From: Octopus sinensis
Lineage: Eukaryota
DNA: 64,000 bases
Assembly (NCBI RefSeq): GCF_006345805.1
Contig: NC_043005.1
Location: 49,538,001-49,602,000 of the forward strand
Direction: 5' to 3'
Part shown: one piece after another, positions 52,414-64,000 of the stretch
Layout of the letters: every line of letters begins with the position of its first letter
Position numbering within the stretch: position 1 is the stretch's first letter
Translations under genes and position numbers: made by a program
Notes under the pieces: model-generated
What the model was told of the DNA's origin: nothing
The model's database searches: none
The model's input: only the letters and a program-made list of their open reading frames with translations

Positions 52414-54290
52414 ATGATGTAGATCCAGTAACAGTTATATCGTAACCATAGATGACATCAGGTAGCCTGAATTTGGTATATACCCAAAGTTCAAATAATT
52501 ACTTATATATATATGAAATATATATCTGAATTTGTCCCCAACCATTACTTGACTACCAATACTGATTTATATATGTTCCCATAACTTAGTGGTTCAGTGA
52601 AAAGTGACTGATAGAATAAGTATTAGGCTTAAAAATAAGTTATTTTTTTTATTTATGCGCCCTTTTCAAGCTCATGGGCTCAGTTTCCCAGTTTCTATGG
52701 CGTTTGTGTTCCTCCCAGCTGGATGGGACACCAGTCCATCACAGCGTTACTCAAGAAACAGGAAGAAAGAGTGAGAGAAAGTTGGGTCGAAAGAGTACAA
52801 CAGGGGTCGCCACCCCCCACCCCCACCCCCTTGCTGGAGCCTTGTGGAGATTTAGGTGTTTTCGCTCAATAAACACACACAACACCCGGTCTGGGAATCA
52901 AAACTGTGATCCTCCGACCACGAGTCCACTGCCCTAACCACTGGGCCATTGCGCCTCCCTTAAAAATAAGTACTACAGTCAATCTGTTTGACTAAACCCT
53001 TCAATGTAGATGGTACCCCAGCATGGTTGCAGTTGGATGAGTGAAACAAATAAAGATAAAATGATATACACACACACACACATATATAAATATATACACA
53101 CACATGCCAGAGACGTAAAATGCACCTGTGTTGGTGACACGTAAAAAGCACTCGTGCCAGGGACACATAAAAGGGCATCCATGCCAGTGACATGTAAGAG
53201 ACACCCAGTACACTCTGTAAAGTGGTTGGGGTTAGGAAGGGCATCCAGCTGTAGAAACCAAACCAAAACAGACAACTGGAGCCTAGTCCTGCTCTCCAGG
53301 TTACCAGCTTCAGTCAAACCGTCTAACCCATGCTGGCATGGAAAACATGTTATATGATGATGATGATAATAATGCATCTTAAATCTGTCACATGCACACA
53401 AATACAAAATAATTTTAGAATTTTCACACTAACATTTCTGGTTCTTTTTATCTGTATGCCTTCATTTCAAACCTTTGCTTGTGTCATATGTCAATATATG
53501 TTACATGTCAAATCTGATCTAATCATACCTAAGATGGACAACAGCTAATCAGGAATTCTAAATGCAACAGCTAGTATTCATACCTTAGATAATAAGAGAA
53601 AACATCTAATTTACGCAACTCTTGACTGTAATTAAGAATCTGTCATCCCACTTTACTGCTTATTTTCTCTATTTGCCTTAAGGGCAGTTCATTTTCATTT
53701 GCAACTGCTATTTTTAGTCATTTTGTGTCACCTGAGTGATGAGACCCCATTTTCTCAATTTATAATTTTCAAATATATTTATAGAAACAGGTGTGGCTGA
53801 GTGGTAAGAAGCTTACTTCTCAACCACATAGTTCTGTGTTCAGTCCCACTGCAAGGCACCTTGGACAAGTGTCTTCTACTATAGCCGCAGGCCAACCAAA
53901 GCCTTGTGAGTGGATTTGGTAGTCAGAAACTGAAAGAAGCCTGCCATATATAAATATATGTGTGTGTGTGTGTGTGTGTGCATGTATGTATGTATGTATA
54001 AATTTATATGCAGCTAAGTATATGCCTGGTCATAAAGTGACCAATGGTTTTAGTGACACACACACGCACATATTTATATTTCTTTACTACCCACAAGGGG
54101 CTAAACACAGAGGGCACTAACAAGGACAGACAAAGGGATTTAGTCGATTACATCAACCCCAGTGCGTAACTGGTACTTACTTTATCGACCCTGAAAGGAT
54201 GAAAGGCAAAGTCGACCTCGGTGGAATTTGAACTCAGAACGTAACGACAGACGAAATACGGCTACGCATTTCGCCCGGCGCACTAACATA

Positions 54291-54630
54291 TTGATCATCA
54301 GTGTATCATATATTCGAAAAAGAAGCACAATTTAAAGCATAGAGCAGTAATGTATTTATATGCAGTTAAGTATATGTCTAGTCATAGAGTGACCAGTGGT
54401 TTCACATGCATAAAGGACTTAGCCCCATGGACGACTCGCAAGACTCTAAAACCAAAGAACTATATGGCATTTAGTTTTAGAGTCAGTTGAGTCGCCCATG
54501 TAGCTAAGCCCTTTATGGATGTGAAAACATTGGTCCCTCTGACTGGACATAGACATAACATATAAACACATTACTGTTCTATGCTTTAGAGTGTGCTTCT
54601 TTTTCAAATATATGATACAGGGACAATCAA
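54291..54630. repeat. Foldback element 1 of a triple cluster
   Basis: tgtatcatatattcgaaaaagaagcac...gactctaaaac / gttttagagtc...gtgcttctttttcaaatatatgataca. Partial arm copies at about 41205-41260 and 53995-54055. Confidence 0.85.
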
Positions 54631-54640
54631 TTTATATATA

Positions 54641-55005
54641 TATTATTAAAAACTGGGGATTTTACCAATAGAATTGCAACTACTATTTCAGGATAACCTT
54701 ATTGTATTGAATACGCATGGAAAGTTATATCCAATAAACTAATATAAGCATTTACAAAAAACTTACTATAAAATTATTTGAAAAATCTATATAACTTACC
54801 TGTGGGGAAAGAAGACTAATAACAGGTAAGCTATATAAAATTTTTTCGAATATTTTTTCAAATAATTTTATTGTATTTTATAGTAGGTTTTGTAAATGCT
54901 TATATTATTTTATTGGATATAACTTTCTATGTGTATTCCATACAATAAGGTTATCCTGAAATAGAGTGGTGGTTCTATTGGTAAAATCCCAAATTTGTAA
55001 TAATA
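54641..55005. repeat. Foldback element 2 of a triple cluster
   Basis: gggattttaccaatagaa...tttcaggataaccttattgta...acttacctgt / acaggtaagct...tacaataaggttatcctgaaa...ttctattggtaaaatccc. Confidence 0.85.
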
Positions 55006-55120
55006 TTATAAATGATACTGTTTACATTGAATTAGTAAAGTGTAAAATAGTAAATGTCCTGATAACCTGGGATACTTATTATTCCCTAAGATTTAATATA
55101 TATATATATATAGATAGATA

Positions 55121-55380
55121 TAGATAAATTAAAAAATGGCGTTAAACGCAGGTGTTATTCAAATCTTTATACTTCTGTCATATGTTTTGAAGAAGACATT
55201 GGTATTATTCCCGATGGAATAAAATAATGTAAAACAATGTAATCATCTTGTCAGGGAAAAAATGAGAAACAAAACACATCAATAAGCTTTTTTAACCACC
55301 AACGTTTTCTTCGAAACCTATGTCGGAAGTATAAATGTTTGACTAATACCTGCATTTAACTCCATTTCTTAATTTATCTA
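55121..55380. repeat. Foldback element 3 of a triple cluster
   Basis: tagataaattaaaaaatggcgttaaacgcagg...tttatacttctg / cggaagtataaa...cctgcatttaactccatttcttaatttatcta. Confidence 0.8.
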
Positions 55381-56974
55381 TGTAATTCAAAAGCATTTCA
55401 CTAAACCCTGGAACTTCTACCTTTATAAGTAGGCTGTAACATCCTTGGCATTTATGTGAATTTTTGCTACCCTGGTAACTATTTATATATTTATTTATTT
55501 ATTGTGTATTATTTGCACACATTGAAAAAATATACATGCATTTATATATATGTGTGTGTGTGTGTTTGTGTTTCTCATTGAATCTAGACTTTAAAGCACA
55601 TTGGAATATAATACATTTGTTCTTTGTTGTGACTATCATTATGATTTTTACAAGATAGATCCAATAAAGGCCATCTTTCTTACATTGTACTCTTATAACC
55701 TTTAGTCTTTGTGAACTCCAATAAAAGCAAAGTTATTGTCCTTGACATTAAGAATACCTTTAACCATATCATGCTCAAGAATCTCCTGGTAAAATTGCTT
55801 AGTTATATGCTCTACCCGTCCGTCATTGTTAGGATAGGAATCTTCCTTTAATATTGCTGTATTGCAGCACTTCCTTTAATATTGCTGTATTGCAGCACAT
55901 CAAGTTCAGTAATATTGCATTTCCTTGAAATCAATGAACTGTTCACTATCACTTCTAACAACTTATGCTTCTGCTCAGATGTCATCATCTTCATTCTTCT
56001 CAAATTGCCTTCAGGCTTCCATAACAAAACTTAAAGCCACACACCAGGTATATCCCTTTCATTACTGTATTTATTTTGAGATGCTCTGTGTTTCTTTCAA
56101 TCATTTAAAATATAACAAAGAATTTAGTAAAACAATTTAGTTATCATTCAGCTAGTGTTAGGAACATAAATTGTGGCTAAGGTTTCGTGGAAGATTTTAA
56201 TTCAAAACTTATGAAAACAAGATATTTTACCACAGAGCCAGAGCCGGTTTTGGCCGGGTTAGTAACAAAAGGGATATATAATTGTTTCTTATTTAAGCAC
56301 AAAGTCAGTAATCTTGGGGAAGTTTAACTGATGACATCAATGCAAGTACTCGACTGGTAGTTTATTTTGTAGGCTTCAAAAATATGAGAGAAAGTTGACT
56401 TTGGCAAGATTTGAATTCAGAATGTAAACAGTCAGGAAAAATAGATTTTTGTTATGTTGTATGATTCTGCCAGTTTGCCGCTTTTTGTATGAATAATCAG
56501 TCACATAGTTAAATGCAGATTACATATTTATTGATGTTGGCAGGCACTGAACTAAATGTTTTACAATTTCTGTAGATGAGAAACTTGCTTCTAACCATGT
56601 GCTCTCAGGTTCAGTCCCACCACATGGCATCTTGGGGCAAATGTCTTCTATTCTAGCCCTGGGCCGACCAAAGTGTTGTGAATGGAATTAGTAGATGGAA
56701 GCTGAAAGAACTCTTTCATATTTGCATAATTGTGTGTGTGTGTGTGGATATAGCTAGATAGATATTCATACATACATGCACAATTATATGCACATACATA
56801 TATATTTATTATATATACACACATTCCCGGCCGATGCACAAGGATTATAGCGTTAGGAAGAGCATCCAACTGTAGAAATACTGCGACATCAGACTGGAGC
56901 CTGGTGCAGCTCTCTGGCTTCCCAGACCCCAGTCGAACTGTCCAACCCATGCTAGCATGGAAAACGGACGTTAA

Positions 56975-57005
<31 letters not shown>

Positions 57006-58422
57006 CATACACTCACACACATGCATACATAATGCAGGTATGCCTTTAATCATACTAGTACTAGTATCCTGGGTAATATATATGCAGTACTTAACAGTTC
57101 TACTTTGTATATTTGTACCATGTCTGTTTATAAATAGATTATATCTTATTAATGGGATTGGTTTATTTTCCATCTACTAGAATTTAAACGTCTTTTAGCA
57201 AACTTTTACTTTATCAGTGTGTACAGACAAATTCCTGAGTATTATTTGTGCAATGATTTTACCACTATGTTGTATCATGTATGTTTCCATTATCTATTTT
57301 CTGCACCCATTGTGTGATGTTGATATAGTTTCTTGTGCAGATATCTTTCATGATAATGTTGCTGCCATTGTTAGATCACCCCGCCTCCTCCTCATTAACT
57401 CTGATTGAACAGACCTATTATCAAAAGCATTTTAGCTGTAATCATCCTATCATTTTGTATATCAAAAATTACATTGTCCAATGTATATTTAGCTTCATAT
57501 AGGACAGTAGGATGTAATCTGAGGGAGATTTGACTGCTACTTCTAACAAGTTAACTCTTTTGATACCGACCTGTTTAATTCAGTCCTTGGCTCTTAAATA
57601 CAAACGCTTTTACTTTAAATTGTGCTTAAATTAAAACTGCTCCTCATAATTTAATCTAAGACCCATTTGATATGTTTTGTTCTAAACACCCACTTAATGT
57701 ACAAATATATCTCTTTCTCTTTCTTTTCTTTTACTTGTTTCAGTCATTTGACTGCGGCCATGCTGGAGCACCGCCTTTTAGTCGAGCAAATCGACCCCGG
57801 GACTTATTCTTTGTAAGCCCAGTACTTATTCTATCGGTCTCTTTTTTGCCGAACCGCTAAGTAACGGGGACGTAAACACACCAGCATCGGTTGTCAAGGG
57901 AGACAAACACAGACACACAAACACACACACACATATATATATATATACATATATACGACAGGCTTCTTTCAGTTTCTGTCTACCAAATCCACTCACAAGG
58001 CATTGGTCGGCCCGGGGCCATAGCAGAAGACACTTGCCCAAGATGCCACGCAGTGGGATTGAACCCAGAACCATGTGGTTGGTTAGCAAGCTACTTACCA
58101 CACAGCCACTCCTGCGCCTATATGTATATATATATAAAATATATAATCCATATATAATCCATAACCATTAGTCCAACAAAATACATTTTGTCATACTAAT
58201 GACTATAGATTGAATATTTTATTTACTCTTGACCTTATCTTGAGTTCTTTATTCCAAGTAGGTGGACATATAAATATGTATACATTTAGGTATTTGTTTT
58301 GCAAGACTCCTGATGTGAAATCATGTGTTGAAACAGATATTATATTTCAGGATGTGTTTTTTTTGTGCCAGATAACATGCACTATGTACTTGTTCTTCAC
58401 TTTAGCTTTATTCTTATTATTA

Positions 58423-58810
58423 TCCTTATTTTAGTGTCCTTTGTCTGAAATCTTTCATCATGTGTCCTGTAATCTCTTCAGTGATTCCCCATCTCACATG
58501 TCTCTTCTTGTCCTGTTTAAAGAAAGAAAATGGAATGAACAGCTTTCTTTATTTCAAATCACTACAATTGTCTCAACACATTTTTACAACTTTAGTATAT
58601 AGGTGAGGTGTTGTGTAAATCATTATCATACATCCAAGATATAAATTGCGCTGCTTCAGGTGATTGTTTAAAAAAGTCCTGTGTTAGATCCTCTTGTCAT
58701 TTCACTCAGTGTGATAATACATACCCAAAGTGATGTGTCATTTTCAATAATTTACTCACCTTTCATCATCTGACACAAAATCATCTCCTCCACTGCCCTT
58801 TCAAAGGTTC
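58423..58810 (-). other. Possible spliced antisense exon pair (intron 58513-58759)
   Basis: Minus-strand donor GAAAG|GTGAGT at 58760/58759 and acceptor ttcattccattttctttctttaaacag| at 58513/58512. All three frames of the downstream exon stop within 90 nt; AATAAA follows. Confidence 0.3.
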
Positions 58811-61529
58811 CTTATATTACAAGTTACTTGGTGACCTTGCTGGTGCTGGTGTCATGTAAAAAAGCATTCAGTCCACACTGTGAAGTGGTTGGCATTTGGA
58901 AGGGCATCTAGCTATAAAAATCATGCTAAAACTGACCTTGCCTGTGCTTGTGCCACATAAAAACTACTCAGTCCACTCTGCGGTGTGGTTGGAGTTAGGA
59001 AGGGTATCCAGCTGTAAAAACCATGCTGAAACAGATGTAGAAGCCTGGTGTAGTCTTCTGCCGGGTCAGCTCCTGTCAAACCATCCGACCCATGCCAGCA
59101 TGGAAGGCGGATATTAAACGATGATCATGTACACACACACACACATATCTATATGTATGTATAAATGTGTTTCATCATCAAAAAAGTTGTCTTTCACACT
59201 GATGCTCTGTTTGGTAAAAGGAGGAACCCAACAACTGAAATGCAGTAAAATGATTACACCACACACCCTTTTCAATCCTCTGTCTTTCTTCTCTCTTATA
59301 TTCACTTTCTCACACTTTGAAGGTACACCCTGATGACTTATCACCACCTTTTCTCATTTCCCTCTCTTTCCATCTGGGGTAGTCATTTATTTCTTCTACA
59401 GTGAAGGTGAAACACCTGGTATAATGCTCTCTTCTTCACTGAAATGAGTAGAATTTATGCCATGTGAACCACTTTGTGACGTCACTCATTTGTGCTAGTG
59501 CCACCAAAAAAGCACCCTGTACACTCTGTAAAGTGGTTGGCATTAGTAGGGCATCCAACCACAGAAACCATGTCAAAACAGATATATTAAAGCTTGACAG
59601 AGTCCTCTAGCTCAGTGCTGCTCAGTGGACTGGTGCCAGTCCGCAAGCCATCAGCTGCTGGTACGCTGCAAGTTTCCAGAATAGAAAGAAACATTATGAA
59701 ATGCTTATGTAATATTGTATTATTAGTTTACAAAATAAATATAACTCTCTTTACTCTCTTTGCTATGTTGTGAGTTCAAATTCCACTGAGGTCGACTTAG
59801 TTTTTATCCTTTCGGGGTCAATAAAATAAGTACCAATTGAACACTGGGGTTGATGTAATTGACTCATTCCCTCCCACAAAACTGCTGTCCTTGTGGAAAA
59901 ATCTGAGACCATCATTATTATTATTATTATCATCATTAAGGCAGTGAGTTGGCAGAATTGTTAACAAGCCAGGCAAAATATTTAGTGGTATTTTGCCTGT
60001 CACTACGTTCTGAGTTCAAATTCTGCTGAGGTTGACTTTGCCTTCCATCCTTTTGGGGTCAATAAATTAAGTACCAGTGAAACACAGGGGTCAATGTAAT
60101 ATATTTCTTTACTACCCACAAGGGGCTAAACACAGAGGGGGCAAACAAGGACAGATAAATGGATTAAGTCGATTATATCGACTCCAGTGCGTAACTGGTA
60201 CTTAATTTATCGACCCCGAAAGGATGAAAGGCAAAGTCGACCTCGGCGAAATTTGAACCCAGAACGTAATGCCAGACGAAATACGGCTGTGCATTTCTCC
60301 CAGTGTGCTAACGTTTCTGCCAGCTCGCCGCAGGGGTCAATGTAATAGACTAGTCTCCTTCCCACAAATTTTAGGCCTTGTGCTTATAATAGAAAGGATT
60401 ATTGTTATAATTATTATAAGTAGTAGTATTGGTATCGGTATTATTATTATCCAGTCTTTTAAATCCAGGTGAGGGCTATTGTGCTACAGTTTTTATAAAT
60501 ATTCTCTCTCTGTTTATACATATTTCTCCATTACTTCTATTCTTATGCAGATATCCCTTTTAGTACTCTGTGCTGTTTTTACTAAGTTCACTAGTTGGTT
60601 CTCATCGTTTTGCGTCTGTGTATAAAAAGATGCAGCATTAAAGTGTGGATATATTCATCAAGCTAGCAAAGCAATCACATTGTAATGTTAGGCAGTAGTC
60701 ATTTATACTGCTTAGTTAATGTACCTGAAATGGAAAAAAAAAAATGGTAAAATAAAAGAAAAAAGAATAAAAAATCCTCCTCATACCCTTCACTATCCTC
60801 TTCCTCACCCTCCTCCTCCACTTCTCACTATCTTCCTCCTCTTTCTCAACATCCTCCTCTTCCTCCTCACCATCCTCCTTCTCACCATCTTCTTTATCAT
60901 CATCATTAAAGCTCCTTCCTGAGTCATGTAGACTCATGGGGCCAGTTTCCTAGGTTTTGAGGCATATATATTTCTCCCATATATTCTTCCTTTCAATGGA
61001 ACTCCAGTCCATTGCAAGAATACTCTTTTTTGCCAACTGACTGAACTGGAACAATGTGAAATGAGGTGTTTCACTCAAGAACACAATGCATTGCACAGTC
61101 CAGGAATCGAAATCACAATCTTATGATCATACACCCAACACCATAACCACTAAGCCATGCACCCCCAATCTTCATCATAATTGTTTAACATCTACTAATT
61201 TCATTGAAGTACATGTTATATAGCTCAACATCCTTTTAGATACCAGCCTTTACCTGATTCCATGCAAGGTAATATTTTACCATGATCAGACATGTTTTAT
61301 ACAAGAAGATCAGAAAGAAATGGTATCATTTATATGATGGTGATATTCATTTACACTCATCACATGTCAAGCTAATGGTACAAAGAAACACACACATACA
61401 CACACACACTCACATGCATGCATATACACACACACACATAAACACACACAATGCACTCATGTGCATATACACACACACATACATGATGCCGTGGCCAGAA
61501 CAGTCTGGGACAGGATAACAAAACAGGAA

Positions 61530-61960
61530 AACACCTACAGATAAAGTTGACTATATTGAGATAGAAAAAAATATTGGTGGAAGTTAAAAATTAAAACCAC
61601 TACCAGGTTAAAGCACAACTGGCCAGATATTGTTGAATGGAACCACAAGAAAAAGATATGCTCTGTTGTGGAAATCAGCTGCCCTCTGGATCCCAATGTG
61701 GTTAGAAAAATACAAGGGGAAAGAGGGCATCTATGGACCATTGATAAGTAGATTGCAAATCCAGTACCCAAGATAAACGTTCAGTTTCATATCTATTACT
61801 TTTGGAGCAACAGGATACATGCCAACTTGTCTCGAGCAAAGTATGGCTGGACTTGGGTTCTTGTGGAGAGAAAGCAAATCCTTAATTCATACTCTGCAAA
61901 AGATCACGCTATTTGGGGCTATAAAATTCTGCAAAACCTTCTTAAGGTTTAAAGGATGAT
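61530..61960 (+). pseudogene. RLE-domain fragment of a non-LTR retrotransposon
   Basis: WPDIVEWNHKKKICSVVEISCPLDPNV = PD...E-x-S-C-P restriction-like endonuclease motif. Confidence 0.65.
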
Positions 61961-62045
61961 GAACGAAACAAGATGCTTTCCTTTACAACCTTGCTACCAA
62001 GCAAGTGACTGGTCAAACTTAATTCTAAATTAAAGAGAAGAGAGA

Positions 62046-62091
<46 letters not shown>

Positions 62092-62881
62092 GCATGCACA
62101 CACACACATACACACACTCACATGCACACACATACATCAGGCTTCTTGAAATTTCCTTCTACAAAATCCACTCACAAAGCTCAGATTGGCTTGGTGCTGT
62201 AGAAGAAGATACTCAATCAAGGTGCTGTGCCATGGGACTGAACCCAATACCACATGGTTGATCAGATAACTTCCCTGCCACATAGCCATGCCTGTGTACA
62301 TGTGTTATAACATTTTAGAATATAAAAAATAATAAAATAGAAGCAATATCTGAATTAAAAATATTTGAATCCAAGAGATATTGAATTCAGTCAGACATTT
62401 ATGAAACCGATTTGATTTGTAACTAACTCTGCTTCCGCATTTCACTGTTCTATTCATAGAAACACACCCCGTACCCCTGCACGCCTCATTCAGGTTGATG
62501 AATTATGACATAGCTTTCTTTTCTTTCTTTCACTTTTTTTTTTCCGTTTCGAAGGGCAAATAAGTGATCAGGGTGTAAACAGAGATAAAAAGGCGATTTT
62601 TGATCTTCTATAGTCATTTTTATCTATGTCAGCTGATAATGAAATAACTGCAGTACTCCATGAATCTCATGACTTGTATTTCATTAGGATTGGAAAGTGT
62701 TTATTATTACTATAAAACATGACAACTGACAACTTTCTTGAGGTTTGTAATCTATCTTGTTTCTGTGTTTTCCCCACGAAAATTAAGACCTTACTTGGAT
62801 TAATGTTTCATCCAAACTTGAATACAATGTCATGACTATAAAACAATGATCATACATATGTATCTCTGTTTCTCTTTCTCC

Positions 62882-62921
<40 letters not shown>

Positions 62922-63263
62922 GCCAGTATCAATGTTTGTTATATGTGTACCTGTAGTGGTTAGCTTGTCTCCCTTCCTGGCTAGAAGTATGTCAGTGTAT
63001 TTTAATCAGCTACTTTTGTACAAATATTCTGAGAAAAAGTGAACAATGAATATACATTTTGAACAATTGTGTGTGTGTATCTGTGTGTCTATATTTCTAT
63101 GTGTATAGATATATGATGTACATACATTAGTGTTTGTATGGTTATGGATAAAAAGTCTTCTAAAGACATTAATCCCTCTACTACACTACTACACATTGAC
63201 TCAAGTACACTTTCAGTTTAACAATATCAACATTGAAAAATAGTGTGATAGAGTAAAGGCAGG

Positions 63264-63320
<57 letters not shown>

Positions 63321-63710
63321 ATAGCAATATATGTGTCTGTGTCACTTTCTGAGATATAAAAAGGATATACTAGCTTGTCTATCTGTCCTGTATGTATGTA
63401 ATCATTAGTATTTAGTTTTATTTCTAGATTTCTTACCAACGGAGTTAGTCAGTTTCTAACCTAGAGCCATGGCTCCTTTCTTAGAATTTCAACACCATTC
63501 AGGATATTTGTACATGTTTGTATGTATATGTGCAAGTATTTAGAGTCAGATATGTCTCATTTTATCTATGTATACTCATACATATAAGCTGTATGTCTAG
63601 ACATATGCATATGTACTTATATGCTAAACTTTGGAACGATTTACATATTTTGACAGTTCTATTGATGGCTTGTATCGGTAGTCTTCTAATTATCCTCTCT
63701 TTTCTGATTT

Positions 63711-63905
63711 TCAGAAAATTAATTTCTGAAGATTGGTGCTAAATTTTTTTTTATGTATCCTTGTACCCCCAATAATTACAGGTATGAATCTGAAATTGTA
63801 ATCTAAGTGGAGTAGCTGTATATTTCTCAATAGTTCAGCGTGGGTGTTTTCTCTTTCATTGATCTTTAACTTTATGTTGACATCCACTGGGCAACAAATT
63901 TCCAC
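63711..63905 (-). pseudogene. RLE-domain fragment of a non-LTR retrotransposon
   Basis: VEICCPVDVNIKLKINERENTHAELLRNIQLLHLDYNFRFIPVIIGG, the same domain type as at 61.5 kb. Confidence 0.6.
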
Positions 63906-64000
63906 TATTACACATCATTTCTCTTCATAATTTATCTCAAATCACAATATCTGGTCTATTATGTTTGCATTTAATTGAGGTTTTCACCAGTACTCTTTCA

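Noticed and set aside
55186-55330. TTGAAGA...GAAAC-CTAT-GTC inside foldback 3
   Set aside because: C3 is missing and the two motifs are simply each other's palindromic partners.
59330-59421. CTGATGA...GAAAC-ACCTG-GTA
   Set aside because: No stem I and a poor stem II register.
60532-60730. Minus-strand acceptors and a 45-codon open frame (TQNDENQLVNLVK...)
   Set aside because: Donor ambiguous and no recognisable protein similarity; insufficient support.
60716-60937. Acidic minus-strand ORF (DDDKEDGEKEDGEEEEED)
   Set aside because: Low-complexity (CCT/CTT)n tract adjoining a SINE; no convincing exon boundaries.

Overview
Eukaryotic, very AT-rich, microsatellite- and SINE-saturated DNA. The repeat landscape ((AT)n, (ATAC)n, (AAT)n, recurrent tRNA-derived SINE families) looks like an Octopus/cephalopod genome; this is an inference from recognition, not a search. 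The window lies almost entirely inside the introns of one + strand gene. It shows four candidate acidic coding exons that all end in phase-0 GT donors (1030-1779, 27227-27268, 32420-34954, 46730-47080). The largest encodes about 21 copies of a 26-aa repeat with a higher-order ABBC-ABBC-ABC-A pattern. No conserved domain is visible, so the gene is left unnamed. The introns hold decayed LINE fragments (CR1, RTE, Tx1/L1, RLE-type), Tc1/mariner, hAT, piggyBac-like and Gypsy remnants, dozens of SINEs, and many long foldback hairpins. The main unannotated signal is a set of eight hammerhead-ribozyme motifs (CUGANGA...GAAAC...GUA with short, mostly palindromic stem-III loops) from about five unrelated repeat families. 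One is a 460-bp palindrome with a hammerhead in each arm, i.e. one on each strand. All coordinates were read by eye; repeat boundaries are approximate.
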